IMG/VR virus record: IMGVR_UViG_3300025010_000041
DNA from: an uncultured virus (IMG/VR IMGVR_UViG_3300025010_000041)
Taxonomy: Duplodnaviria; Heunggongvirae; Uroviricota; Caudoviricetes
DNA: 32,908 bases
Reading direction: 5' to 3' (one strand)
The notes beneath the pieces were generated by a model that was not told where the DNA came from, made no database searches, and saw only the letters and a program-made list of their open reading frames with translations. The stretch's first letter is position 1. Every line of letters starts with the position of its first letter. Positions 9,014-18,044 of the stretch are shown here, in pieces. Made by a program: the position numbers and the translations under genes.

Positions 9014-9636
9014 GTGTCTCGCGCAAACAGCAGGCGCTAAAGCGACGTCTTGCGATTGCGTTTGGCGCGCCACTGCTGCCCGATGAAATGCCAACTACGC
9101 CCCCGGTCAAAGCGAGGGCATTGGCGGCGGCGTTCGGCTACCTCTTTCCAGAGGAAGTCACGCTGCTGTCTGTCCTGGCCGAAAGCCTGCCCGCCGGAGC
9201 CGTGTTTGTCAACATTGGAGCGGGGTCTGGAACGAGTTCGCTTTGCGTGACAGAAACCAATCCGGCAGTGAAAGCCTACACAGTAGATATTTCTGACGGT
9301 GGCCCATTTGGCGGACTGGAAAACGAGCGCAACGCCTTCGCTGAAACCGGACTGCCGCTGCCGTCACAAATTTTAGGCGACTCGCACGCCGCGGGTAAAC
9401 TGTGGATCGGCGGCAAAGTAGACATGCTATTTGTGGACGCCGACCACAGCTTCGAGGGGTGCAACGGTGATATTGAGGCGTGGCACCCGCACGTTGTGGC
9501 GGGCGGGATCATTGTCTTTCATGATTACGAACGAGACTTCTGGCCCGAAGTGAAACAGGCCGTAGACGCCGCGGCTGAGCGGTATGGTTGGGAGTTGATT
9601 GAACAGCGCGGCACCATGATCGCATTCAGGAAGTGA
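9010..9636 (+). CDS. class I SAM-dependent methyltransferase, paralog of 7794..8345
   Basis: ATGA-coupled start 9010; VNIGAGSGTS, YTVDISDGGPFGGLENERNAF (nearly identical to paralog), FVDADH, GGIIVFHDY. Confidence 0.88.
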   Translation: MSVSRKQQALKRRLAIAFGAPLLPDEMPTTPPVKARALAAAFGYLFPEEVTLLSVLAESLPAGAVFVNIGAGSGTSSLCVTETNPAVKAYTVDISDGGPFGGLENERNAFAETGLPLPSQILGDSHAAGKLWIGGKVDMLFVDADHSFEGCNGDIEAWHPHVVAGGIIVFHDYERDFWPEVKQAVDAAAERYGWELIEQRGTMIAFRK

Positions 9637-9637
9637 C

Positions 9638-12571
9638 ATGAAAATCTACATCGAACCGACGCCGGGGAATGCCCCGCCGAGCAACGGGATCGGGCGCGTT
9701 GTTCACGCCCAATTTGAACACCTGCCAAAGTTAGGGATTGAGATCGTCAAAACCTACCGCAAAGCAGACGTGATCGCTTCTCACGTGGAGCAGTTCAATT
9801 TGCCACGCGTAGACGTGCTGCACTCCCACGGTCTCTATTTTGACGATATTCCCAACGCCGGTTATGACGCCTGGCAGTACACCGCCAATGCCCACATTGC
9901 CCAAGCTGTGCGCAGAGCTAAGATTCTAACCGTCCCTGCCCCCTGGGTTGCGATGCCGTTCAAGCGAGATATGCACCTAAGCCCGTGGATCGTCCCGCAT
10001 GGAATTGACTTTGCCGATTGGAACCCCGGCGAGAATCGGGGCTATCTATTCTGGAATAAAGGCCGCGCCAATGACGTCTGTGACCCCGTCCCGGCATGGG
10101 AGTTGGCAGAAGCAGGTCTGCCGGTGGTATCGACGTTCAACCCATTGAACCGTCCAACCGGAAAGTTGAAAGTGGTCGGGGCACAATCGTTCGAGAAGAT
10201 GCGCCTGCTGATCCAATCGGCGGATATTTACCTCGCCACTACCCCCGAAACTTTCGGGATCGGCACCCTCGAAGCAATGGCCTGTGGCTTGCCCGTCCTG
10301 GGCTACCGTTGGGCAGGAACCGCCGATATCGTTCAGCACATGGAAACCGGGTATCTGGTTGAGCCGGGCGACGTCAACGGGCTAAAAGTCGGCTACCAGT
10401 GGTTGAAAGCCAACCGCGAGGCCGTGGGCGCGGCGGCCAGAGAGTTCGCTTCGCGCTTCGATTGGCCCAATGTGATCGGGGAGTACGCCAAAGTCTATCA
10501 AGCGGCCATGTCCATTCCAGACGAAAAGACCGTCGCGGTTGGGATTATCTCTTACAACTATGCGCAATATTTACCGAAAGCGATAGAGTCTGTCCTGGCC
10601 CAATCGCGCGCGCCAAACGAGATTGTGGTGATAGATGACGGGTCAACCGATAACACCGCCGAAGTCGTTTCCCGCTATTCTGACCGGGTGCGTTATATCC
10701 GGCAGGAAAACCAGGGGGTTGCCGCGGCCCGCATGAACGCAATTGCGGCGACCAAGTCAGACTTTTTGACCCTGCTTGACGCCGACGATTGGTTGGAGCC
10801 GTCATTTGTGCTGGCAATGGAGCGGGCGCTTGTGGCTGACCGTGGACTTGGGATCGCTTACGCCGGGTTTATGAGTTGCAACAGCGAGGGCAAAAAGAGC
10901 GGTACGGTCTACGGAACGCCGTTCGATTGGGAAATCCAGGCGCGTGGTGGTGTGCCCCCGGCGACGGCAGTTCCTACGCCGTCCGCTTGCATGTTCAGGC
11001 GCAGAATGTTCGAGCGGGCCGGCAGTAAAATCTATCAAGAGTTCGCACCCGGCGAGGATGCTGAGTTTTGGGCACGCGGGCTGTCTACCGGCTTCACGGC
11101 GCAACTGGTGACAAGCGAGGCGCTGACCAATTACCGGATGCACGCTGAGGGCGCAAGTAAAAAGCGCAAGTACGTTCGGGTGGACACCTGGCTGCCGTGG
11201 ATGCGTGACAAAATCTACCCGTTCGCTGCCCCGGTCAAGTCACAGATACGCGTACGCTCTTACATGCTGCCGCGCGTATCCGTGATTATTCCAGTTGGGC
11301 CGGGGCACGAGAAACTCTTGCTTGACGCGGTGCGCTCTTTAGAAGGGCAAAGCGAACGACTGTGGGAGTTGATCGTGGTCGCCGATACCGACCTGCCTGA
11401 ATCGGATATACGCACCGTTTACCCGTTCGCAACGGTTGTACCGGGGCGCAGGTTAGGCGCTGGCGCGGCCCGTAATGACGGGTTGAAAGAGGCCAGAGGG
11501 ACATTCGTCGTCTTTCTTGACGCCGATGATTACCTGCACCCGGAGGCGCTTGAGAAATTACTTGCCGCCTATGACCAAAGCGGGTATGTCTACTCGGACT
11601 GGTACGCCGTCACCGGAGCGTCCGCCGAAGTGAAACAGTTGAAAGAGTACGATCCTAACAGTGACAATCTTCAACACGCCGTGACCGTACTCATGCCAAC
11701 GGTCTGGGCCAAGCGGCTGAAATTTGACGAATCTCTCCCGGCGTGGGAGGATGTGGAATATTACAACCAGGCGCGCTCTCTTGGCTTCTGCGGGAAGCGT
11801 GTAGCCGAACCTCTGTTATACTATCGGTTAGAGACTGGGAAGCGCAGAGCCGCGGCCCTGAAAGAGAAAAAGAAACTTGCCGCCTATATTGAGAAGCGGC
11901 AAAAAGCGAGGCATATTATGGCTTGTGGATCATGCCCCTCCCCCGCGGGCGGGGTGATTATGAAAGCAAAGAAGGAGTTGAATCCAATGGGAAACCAAAC
12001 CGAACCAATCGCCTCCCCGCAAGACGGGGTGGTCAGAATGATATACACCGGCGGTGGGCGCGGCGTGCGCACCTATATCGCCAACAAACGCACCTACCGC
12101 GCCGGCGACTCTGACGGGAGCCGAGCTATCAATGCTCACCCCGCCGACGTTGAACGACTGCGGGCGCTGGGCTTCGAGGTGGTGGCGCGTCCACTGCCCC
12201 AGGCGCAGCCGTTGGTGACGGCCCCTATCCCCGCACCTGAACCCGCTCTCGCGCCCGCGCCGATGCCCACTCCGGCAGTTGAAAAGACGGTGGTGACGGC
12301 CAAGCCGATGGCGACCAATGCCCACGTTCCCGCACCGGCAGTGACCCCGGTCAAGAAGCAAGCGCCGAAACCCGCCGATCCGCTGCCCATACCGGAGGAA
12401 GTGACGGAAATCCCGCCTATGCCTGAGACGGTGCGCGGACTGCGGGCGGCCATTGCTGCCGGAGTTGGCGAAAGCGTGATCCGCTCATGGGAATACGATG
12501 AGCGCGCCAAAGGCGATAGCGCCCGCAAAGAGTACCTGAAAATCTTACGTCAAGCCAAACAGGGTGCGTAA
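9638..12571 (+). CDS. multidomain glycosyltransferase (GT4 + GT2 + GT2 + Pro/Ala-rich C-terminus)
   Basis: ETFGIGTLEAMACGLPV (GT-B/GT4); YN..YLPKAIESVLAQ..VIDDGSTD..LLDADD (GT2); VSVIIPV..AARN.G..FLDADD (second GT2). Confidence 0.92.
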   Translation: MKIYIEPTPGNAPPSNGIGRVVHAQFEHLPKLGIEIVKTYRKADVIASHVEQFNLPRVDVLHSHGLYFDDIPNAGYDAWQYTANAHIAQAVRRAKILTVPAPWVAMPFKRDMHLSPWIVPHGIDFADWNPGENRGYLFWNKGRANDVCDPVPAWELAEAGLPVVSTFNPLNRPTGKLKVVGAQSFEKMRLLIQSADIYLATTPETFGIGTLEAMACGLPVLGYRWAGTADIVQHMETGYLVEPGDVNGLKVGYQWLKANREAVGAAAREFASRFDWPNVIGEYAKVYQAAMSIPDEKTVAVGIISYNYAQYLPKAIESVLAQSRAPNEIVVIDDGSTDNTAEVVSRYSDRVRYIRQENQGVAAARMNAIAATKSDFLTLLDADDWLEPSFVLAMERALVADRGLGIAYAGFMSCNSEGKKSGTVYGTPFDWEIQARGGVPPATAVPTPSACMFRRRMFERAGSKIYQEFAPGEDAEFWARGLSTGFTAQLVTSEALTNYRMHAEGASKKRKYVRVDTWLPWMRDKIYPFAAPVKSQIRVRSYMLPRVSVIIPVGPGHEKLLLDAVRSLEGQSERLWELIVVADTDLPESDIRTVYPFATVVPGRRLGAGAARNDGLKEARGTFVVFLDADDYLHPEALEKLLAAYDQSGYVYSDWYAVTGASAEVKQLKEYDPNSDNLQHAVTVLMPTVWAKRLKFDESLPAWEDVEYYNQARSLGFCGKRVAEPLLYYRLETGKRRAAALKEKKKLAAYIEKRQKARHIMACGSCPSPAGGVIMKAKKELNPMGNQTEPIASPQDGVVRMIYTGGGRGVRTYIANKRTYRAGDSDGSRAINAHPADVERLRALGFEVVARPLPQAQPLVTAPIPAPEPALAPAPMPTPAVEKTVVTAKPMATNAHVPAPAVTPVKKQAPKPADPLPIPEEVTEIPPMPETVRGLRAAIAAGVGESVIRSWEYDERAKGDSARKEYLKILRQAKQGA

Positions 12572-12574
12572 ACC

Positions 12575-13231
12575 GTGACCAACCTATTCATCACCGGCTA
12601 CCCGCGCAGCGGGAATACCTGGACTAACCGGCTGCTCTCGGATATTCTGGATTCGCCGCTGCAAAACACCCCTGATATGGAGCCGATCTACTACGGCGAA
12701 ACGGGCGGCAAATACGTCATTCTCAAGCGCCACTCGAAGGTGCGAGAGGGGCTGACGCTCTTTGTCTACCGTGACCCGCGTGACGTGGCGGTATCTCGAC
12801 TGTTTTACTACCGACTGTCCGGTCTGACCACCGCGATTGACGGCATGCTGGGAATCAATGGTGACACCGTGGACGCGGTCGGGTCAGTGATTGGCGAGTA
12901 CAACGGGTTCGTTCGCACCTGGTACAACCGGGCCGATGCGCAGATTCGCTATGAAGATTTGCACGCCTCCCCGGTTGAAACTCTCTCGCTGGCAATCTTG
13001 GGCCTGACCGGCGAAACGATTGACCCCGACAAAATCAGGCTGGCGGTAGAGCGGCAATCGTTCGCAGCGACAGTTGAGCGCAACGGGCCGGAACACGCCA
13101 TGCGGCGCGGTCAAGTCGGTGACTGGCGCAACCACTTCAACCGCGAGAACAGCGAACACATCACCCGTCTGTTTGGCGAGTTGATGCTTGAACAGGGCTA
13201 TATTGACAGCCTGGATTGGTGGCAGAAATGA
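12575..13231 (+). CDS. PAPS-dependent sulfotransferase
   Basis: GYPRSGNTW (5'-PSB loop), YRDPRDVAVS (3'-PB), RYEDL, RRGQVGDWRNHF. Confidence 0.92.
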   Translation: MTNLFITGYPRSGNTWTNRLLSDILDSPLQNTPDMEPIYYGETGGKYVILKRHSKVREGLTLFVYRDPRDVAVSRLFYYRLSGLTTAIDGMLGINGDTVDAVGSVIGEYNGFVRTWYNRADAQIRYEDLHASPVETLSLAILGLTGETIDPDKIRLAVERQSFAATVERNGPEHAMRRGQVGDWRNHFNRENSEHITRLFGELMLEQGYIDSLDWWQK

Positions 13232-13515
13232 CCCTACTTCTCGCGATACTATCCGCCTACCGCCTGGCACAAATGATCGCCCTGGAAGATGGCCCGTTCG
13301 ATCTGCTGGCAAAGTGGCGCGAGATGATCGGCGCCGACAAACAGAGCAATTGGCTGCAGCGCGGCTTTAGCTGCCCCGACTGTATCTCGTTCTGGACGGC
13401 GCTATTCGTGGCGCTGCTGCTGCCGGTTCAATGGCCCCAGTTCGCGCTGAATTGGTTGGGGATTGCCGGGGCGTGTCTGATCTTGAACCGGATCACAGCC
13501 CGCTTGACATACTGA
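13228..13515 (+). CDS. DUF1360-like small membrane protein
   Basis: ATGA-coupled start 13228; YRLAQMIALEDGPF and FSCPDCISFW motifs; hydrophobic segments. Confidence 0.7.
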   Translation: MTLLLAILSAYRLAQMIALEDGPFDLLAKWREMIGADKQSNWLQRGFSCPDCISFWTALFVALLLPVQWPQFALNWLGIAGACLILNRITARLTY

Positions 13516-13552
13516 GTTGATTAGGGTACCTCTTCTCTAAGAGGTAAAAACT

Positions 13553-13933
13553 ATGGACGCTAAACAGATTGACAATGCGATTGAAACCCTGAAACACGGG
13601 AGTCATAACCAGTTGACGCACGGACGGAGCGGTGGCGGGGCGTCTATTCCGGTCTCTACCAGAGCGCAGGCAGGTGAGCGATTGACCACTGCTGGTTACG
13701 CTCAAAACCCACGTGACAAAAACGAGTATCGGCGCGAGTTTCACCCATCGCATATGCCCAATCAATCTGTGAAACCCGGTCATAACCCGCGACGCTTTAT
13801 GTCTATCGCAATCGGCGGCAAAGACGGCGCACTGGAATACTTCACGAAAAGCCCGTCCGGTTATGTCAGGCGTCACTCCGATCTGAACGCGGCGATTGAA
13901 AGCATGAACCACTGGACTGAACCAGCTAAATAG
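13553..13933 (+). CDS. small basic protein with KHG.HNQ..HG leader
   Basis: GAGG RBS; MDAKQIDNAIETLKHGSHNQLTHG resembles the leaders of the 6273 and 13949 ORFs. Confidence 0.7.
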   Translation: MDAKQIDNAIETLKHGSHNQLTHGRSGGGASIPVSTRAQAGERLTTAGYAQNPRDKNEYRREFHPSHMPNQSVKPGHNPRRFMSIAIGGKDGALEYFTKSPSGYVRRHSDLNAAIESMNHWTEPAK

Positions 13934-13948
13934 CGGTAGGAGACTAAT

Positions 13949-14692
13949 ATGACAAACTTATCACTCAGGATCAACGGTTGGCTGCGGGTACACAAGCACC
14001 TGTCGGGCCGCCACAATCAGAAACGACACGGCTGGCGCGGTGGTTCGCTTGAAGCGGTCAGGCGCGCCATGAGAAGCGGAGTATCCGCAGATTACGAGGG
14101 CAAGACGACTCTCGCTGCGGAAAGAGACGCAGCAAGAGCGAAGTACGGGTTAAGCAAGGTTGACCGGGTACAACAGGCGGCGATAAGAGCTGCGCAAGCC
14201 GAGAAGAAGAAACTCCCGAAAACAGAGGCCGAAAAAATAGAAAGCAGTGACGGTAAGTGGTGGATAATGGACAGTCACGGAAAACTAGCCACCCCCGAAA
14301 AAAGAGCCAAACAGCGCGCAGAAGAAACAAAATTTCTCGACATTACAGTTGGCACAGATAAACAAATTCAATTTGCCAAAGATTTGCGTTCTGATTTCTT
14401 GATTGACATAAAAAACAAAGCCGGCGATGCCAACGTTCGATGGGCGGTAGTGAAGCAAACCGAAAGAAACGAAAAACTAAACGACCTGGATATTTCTTAT
14501 TTGGCAAGAGACGCGTGGAATAGACGGTCTTTGAATATCCTAAACACGAACGACGCGAAGAAGATCATAGACTTTTTCAAATCTATAGACGGTCAAGTGA
14601 AAATGAATAACGCCATTACTCGCTATCAGGGCATTATCAGATCGCCCGAAAAGTGGACATATAGCGAAACGGGCGGATGGAAAAGAAAATAA
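13949..14692 (+). CDS. basic protein with KH..G.HNQ..HG leader (paralog of 6273..7055)
   Basis: AGGAG RBS; shared N-terminus, unrelated Lys-rich C-terminus. Confidence 0.75.
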   Translation: MTNLSLRINGWLRVHKHLSGRHNQKRHGWRGGSLEAVRRAMRSGVSADYEGKTTLAAERDAARAKYGLSKVDRVQQAAIRAAQAEKKKLPKTEAEKIESSDGKWWIMDSHGKLATPEKRAKQRAEETKFLDITVGTDKQIQFAKDLRSDFLIDIKNKAGDANVRWAVVKQTERNEKLNDLDISYLARDAWNRRSLNILNTNDAKKIIDFFKSIDGQVKMNNAITRYQGIIRSPEKWTYSETGGWKRK

Positions 14693-14737
14693 TTGCCTCT
14701 TGACTTTCTGTCTTGAATATAGTAAACTGTATTTATC
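14693..14737 (+). promoter_or_regulatory. sigma70-type promoter (copy 1)
   Basis: TTGACT 14700-14705, 17-nt spacer, TAAACT 14723-14728; near-duplicate at 16481-16525. Confidence 0.75.
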
Positions 14738-14767
14738 AATCAAAACCAGATAGGAAAAGAGGACAAC

Positions 14768-14968
14768 ATGAACAAAATTGAAATCACCAAGATAGAAATC
14801 ATCAAAAACCCGCCCGACAACGCGCTGGACATTCTCGGATTTGATGATCTTCCTGGCGGGCCAAAAGCCTACACCGCCTGCAAGATCGAAAACAACCGGA
14901 TCGTAGACTCTGCCGAGGGCGATACCCCGAAAGAGGCTGTCGCTAATCTCATGGCGAAAATTAGCTAA
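14768..14968 (+). CDS. small hypothetical protein in a self-contained (moron-like) unit
   Basis: AGAGGA RBS, own promoter and terminator, 66 aa. Confidence 0.75.
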   Translation: MNKIEITKIEIIKNPPDNALDILGFDDLPGGPKAYTACKIENNRIVDSAEGDTPKEAVANLMAKIS

Positions 14969-15002
14969 ATAATTCGTTTGGGCAGACCCAACTTATACGA
15001 AT

Positions 15003-15038
15003 AGCACCCCCGACATTTGAGCCGGGGGTGCTGCTTTT
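15003..15038 (+). terminator. intrinsic terminator
   Basis: AGCACCCCCG ... CGGGGGTGCT stem followed by GCTTTT. Confidence 0.7.
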
Positions 15039-15068
15039 CGGTTATAATGGGAGCGGAGGAACCAACCT

Positions 15069-16343
15069 ATGCTTTTACCTCTTGATACCTGGCGCTCAAT
15101 TTTAGGTGTAAATCCTTGGCACTTTTTTCAGTTTGCGGACGATTCAATCGTTCCGCTGACCTCAAGCTGCTCCGATCTGGTTTATAAATACGACTGGCAG
15201 GGCACCGGCGCTGCCGGTAGAGAGGGGATTATCCGGGCGATTGAACAGGCGGAAACCCGCCTGATCGACTTCCTCAGTTACTCCCCTGCACCTCACTTTA
15301 TCACCGAAGAACACCGCTTCCCCGTTTACCCGGACGTGCGCTTTGACCAGTTGGGATATGCTGGTGCTGATGGGCGCTGGCGCGGCTTGCAGTTGAAAGA
15401 AGGTTATATCCAGAAGATCGGGATCGAAAAGCGCGACCTGATTAGCGCCGTCAACCTGACCTATTCCGATGAGGACGGCGACGGGCTGGACGAGACCTGG
15501 ACGGCGACCGCCAATGTCACGTTCACCGATATAACCCAAGTCGCCTGTTACGTGCCTGCGGCTGACCGGCTGGACAGCGACGCGGTCAGTGAGGAATATC
15601 GCATACTGCCGATCAAAGTCACGATCTCCGGCGGCGTGGCGACGATCACCGGTAAAGCCTGGCTGATGGCGCTACCCGTTCTCTACGAAGGCGCGGCAGT
15701 GGCTCCGCTTGACCCGACAGACTCTACTAACTTTCTCACAACCATCGAGGTCTATCACCTCTACTGTGACCCGACTGGAACCACTTACGACACTTCGCAG
15801 GCGAAGCTGATCTGGGAAACGCGTCCGCACCCGTATTGGTGCTACTGCGGCGTCTGTAATTCCAGCACCAACCCGGCGAACTCGTATGATCCGGCTGCTG
15901 AGGGTTACGCAATGGCGAGAGTGTCACTGAGAGACCCGCAAGCGGGGCTGGCCGGAATTGGTGAAGCGCAGTACAACTCGACCAGCGGGCAATATTACAG
16001 CGTCAACTGGCTACAATGCCGGCCACCCGACAGGGTGGTAGTTCGTTATCAGGCGGGTGTACCACTGGAAACGAACGGGCAAATGTCAAAACGCTGGCAG
16101 CAGATTGTCGCCCGTTTTGCGGCGGCAGAACTCGCTCACCCAATCTGTGCCTGTCAGGACGCCAATCGGGAGTTGTATCACTGGCAATTTGACCTGGCCC
16201 GGACGGGCGGCGCGGACGGCGAGAGTTACGGCGCTATCTCACAAGAAACGGTCAATAACCCATTTGGCACACGCCGGGGCGCTTACTACGCCTGGCAGCA
16301 AGTGGGTAATTTGTTCCAGGGCCGCGGGTTTGCGGTAGGATAA
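15069..16343 (+). CDS. virion structural protein, possibly head-tail adaptor
   Basis: GGAGG RBS and upstream TATAAT; 424 aa; N- and C-terminal parts (IEQAETRLIDFL, VVVRYQAG, NPFGTRRG) resemble connector proteins with a beta-rich insertion; function tentative. Confidence 0.55.
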   Translation: MLLPLDTWRSILGVNPWHFFQFADDSIVPLTSSCSDLVYKYDWQGTGAAGREGIIRAIEQAETRLIDFLSYSPAPHFITEEHRFPVYPDVRFDQLGYAGADGRWRGLQLKEGYIQKIGIEKRDLISAVNLTYSDEDGDGLDETWTATANVTFTDITQVACYVPAADRLDSDAVSEEYRILPIKVTISGGVATITGKAWLMALPVLYEGAAVAPLDPTDSTNFLTTIEVYHLYCDPTGTTYDTSQAKLIWETRPHPYWCYCGVCNSSTNPANSYDPAAEGYAMARVSLRDPQAGLAGIGEAQYNSTSGQYYSVNWLQCRPPDRVVVRYQAGVPLETNGQMSKRWQQIVARFAAAELAHPICACQDANRELYHWQFDLARTGGADGESYGAISQETVNNPFGTRRGAYYAWQQVGNLFQGRGFAVG

Positions 16344-16345
16344 TC

Positions 16346-16465
16346 ATGGACAAAGAGAAAAAGCGCGCAATTCACCGCTGGCTGCGGGTGCATAAGCAGC
16401 AAAAGTCACGCCCCAGACCAAAGCGGCGCAAGAATAACCCGCGTTCAGCCACTGCCCCCGAATAA
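16346..16465 (+). CDS. 39-aa basic peptide with WLRVHK motif (not in ORF track)
   Basis: AGGA RBS, ATG 16346; MDKEKKRAIHRWLRVHKQQKSRPRPKRRKNNPRSATAPE; WLRVHK is identical to the 13949 ORF leader. Confidence 0.65.
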   Translation: MDKEKKRAIHRWLRVHKQQKSRPRPKRRKNNPRSATAPE

Positions 16466-16478
16466 CGGGGGCTTTTTT
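16454..16478 (+). terminator. intrinsic terminator
   Basis: GCCCCCG-AATAA-CGGGGGC followed by TTTTTT. Confidence 0.85.
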
Positions 16479-16480
16479 AT

Positions 16481-16525
16481 TTGCCTCTTGACAGGCTATC
16501 TTGAATAGGGTACACTATATCTATC
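16481..16525 (+). promoter_or_regulatory. sigma70-type promoter (copy 2)
   Basis: TTGACA 16488-16493, 17-nt spacer, TACACT 16511-16516. Confidence 0.8.
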
Positions 16526-16551
16526 TTTAGAAAGCGAGAGGACAAATAGCC

Positions 16552-16896
16552 ATGACCCTGCAAGAATTTACCGCCCGTTATGCCCGCAAGTTTATTTTTG
16601 AACACCTCTGCCCGTGGGGGCCGCTCTTTCACAAGATTTTGACCCCCGACCAGACCTGGGCCTGCTTCTGCCTGGGCGACGGGTTTGGCAAAATGATTCC
16701 CGACCAATTGGCGCAGATCAACTCCGGCTATGACTGGAGCCACGTGCGAGACTCCAGCGACCAGGCGGCAACGGAAATCGCCGCAAAGATCGTGGAGTTA
16801 GGACATTGGGCGCTGCCGATTGACCGGATAGCGAAGAAAACTTACAACCAACTCAACCGGCAGGGACTTGACCCGGCCACCTTGTTTCAGAACTAA
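16552..16896 (+). CDS. hypothetical protein
   Basis: AGAGGA RBS, first gene after the promoter, 114 aa. Confidence 0.75.
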   Translation: MTLQEFTARYARKFIFEHLCPWGPLFHKILTPDQTWACFCLGDGFGKMIPDQLAQINSGYDWSHVRDSSDQAATEIAAKIVELGHWALPIDRIAKKTYNQLNRQGLDPATLFQN

Positions 16897-16909
16897 GAGG
16901 ACTAATACC

Positions 16910-17326
16910 ACGCGATGCCCAGACTGTAGCAAATTTGTTTCCCACGATCACGCCGTAGAATGGTCGGAAGAACCCGACGAAAACTGCGAAACAGGCACAA
17001 TCACCATGCGCCTGGAATGCGCCGAATGCGGCAGCGAATTGGCGACTTACGAATCCGAAGCAACCGTTGAAGTTGACGGCGAGTTTGATATCACCGCTCA
17101 CCAGGGCGAAGGCCACGAATTGACCGTTTCCTGGGACGAACCGAACCCCGAAGATCGTTATCAGGATAAAGACCGGCACGGCAAGCCGATCAAGAATTTC
17201 CGCTACATGAAGCACTTGTACTATGCCACCGCAACCGGCAAAGTCGAATGCTCTTGCGGCGCAGAAGCCGACTTGACTGCCACCACCGACGAGGCAAGCG
17301 GGTCTGATTTTGACCTGTCATACTAA
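16910..17326 (+). CDS. acidic Cys-rich (zinc-ribbon-like) hypothetical protein; start uncertain
   Basis: CPDC, CAEC and CSC motifs; the AGAGG RBS at 16896-16900 is followed by in-frame ACG 16910 rather than ATG; alternative TTG 16868. Confidence 0.65.
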   Translation, partial: TRCPDCSKFVSHDHAVEWSEEPDENCETGTITMRLECAECGSELATYESEATVEVDGEFDITAHQGEGHELTVSWDEPNPEDRYQDKDRHGKPIKNFRYMKHLYYATATGKVECSCGAEADLTATTDEASGSDFDLSY

Positions 17327-17330
17327 CACC

Positions 17331-17598
17331 ATGACCCCAGAAGAAAAAGAGGCCCACAAAGCACTTGACGCCCGCGGGAGTGCAAAAGACCCGGCAGGGA
17401 AAGCGTCTCGCCCTGCCTGAGCGGATCGCCATGCTTGCCGCAAAAGCAGAACGGTACGCGGAAATCGCCGGGATGGAGTACGGAATCCGAACACCGGCGC
17501 AGGCGAAAAAAGACTGGCAGGAATGGCAAGAGTCGGAGGCGAAGCGGAAAGCTGAAGAAGCCGAGGCCGACTATCTGCTAGACGATGAATATTTTTAA
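17331..17598 (+). pseudogene. small hypothetical gene apparently split by a 1-nt frameshift
   Basis: ATG 17331 reads MTPEEKEAHKALDA then stops early; deleting one C near 17369-17372 joins it to the 17365..17598 frame (AGVQKTRQGKRLALPERI...). Confidence 0.45.
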
Positions 17599-17618
17599 TC
17601 AGCTTGAAAGAGGACACC

Positions 17619-18044
17619 ATGAGCGACCTGTTTATTTCACTTCCACCCTGTCCGCGGGCATTCCCCGCCTACGCCACTTATTTTCGCACCTCAGACGTGA
17701 CCCCGTTCGTTGAGAACGGCAAGATCAACGTCTACAACGGCGAAGGTCAACGGCGCAGTTGGGGGTCGCCAAACGTCAAAAGCACCTGTGTCATGTTGAC
17801 CCGGACCTGCGCCAAAGTCACCGTCACCGGCTGGCATAAGCACTCCCCCGGCCCGGTTGGGGGTGAATATTACTTCTGCCCGCTTGACGGGCAATGGACG
17901 CGCTGTCTGAAATCCAACAAATTGGTCAAGGCGGCAATCGTAGAAGCTGAGGCGGTGAAAGAGGCAGCGGCGATAAGCGGCCACCCGTTCAAAGCGCAAG
18001 CGAACTCGAACGCCTGTGGGGTATGCGGTTACAAGCATGAATGA
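17619..18044 (+). CDS. hypothetical protein
   Basis: AGAGGA RBS before ATG 17619; C-terminal H...CGVC...H metal-binding-like tail. Confidence 0.7.
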   Translation: MSDLFISLPPCPRAFPAYATYFRTSDVTPFVENGKINVYNGEGQRRSWGSPNVKSTCVMLTRTCAKVTVTGWHKHSPGPVGGEYYFCPLDGQWTRCLKSNKLVKAAIVEAEAVKEAAAISGHPFKAQANSNACGVCGYKHE

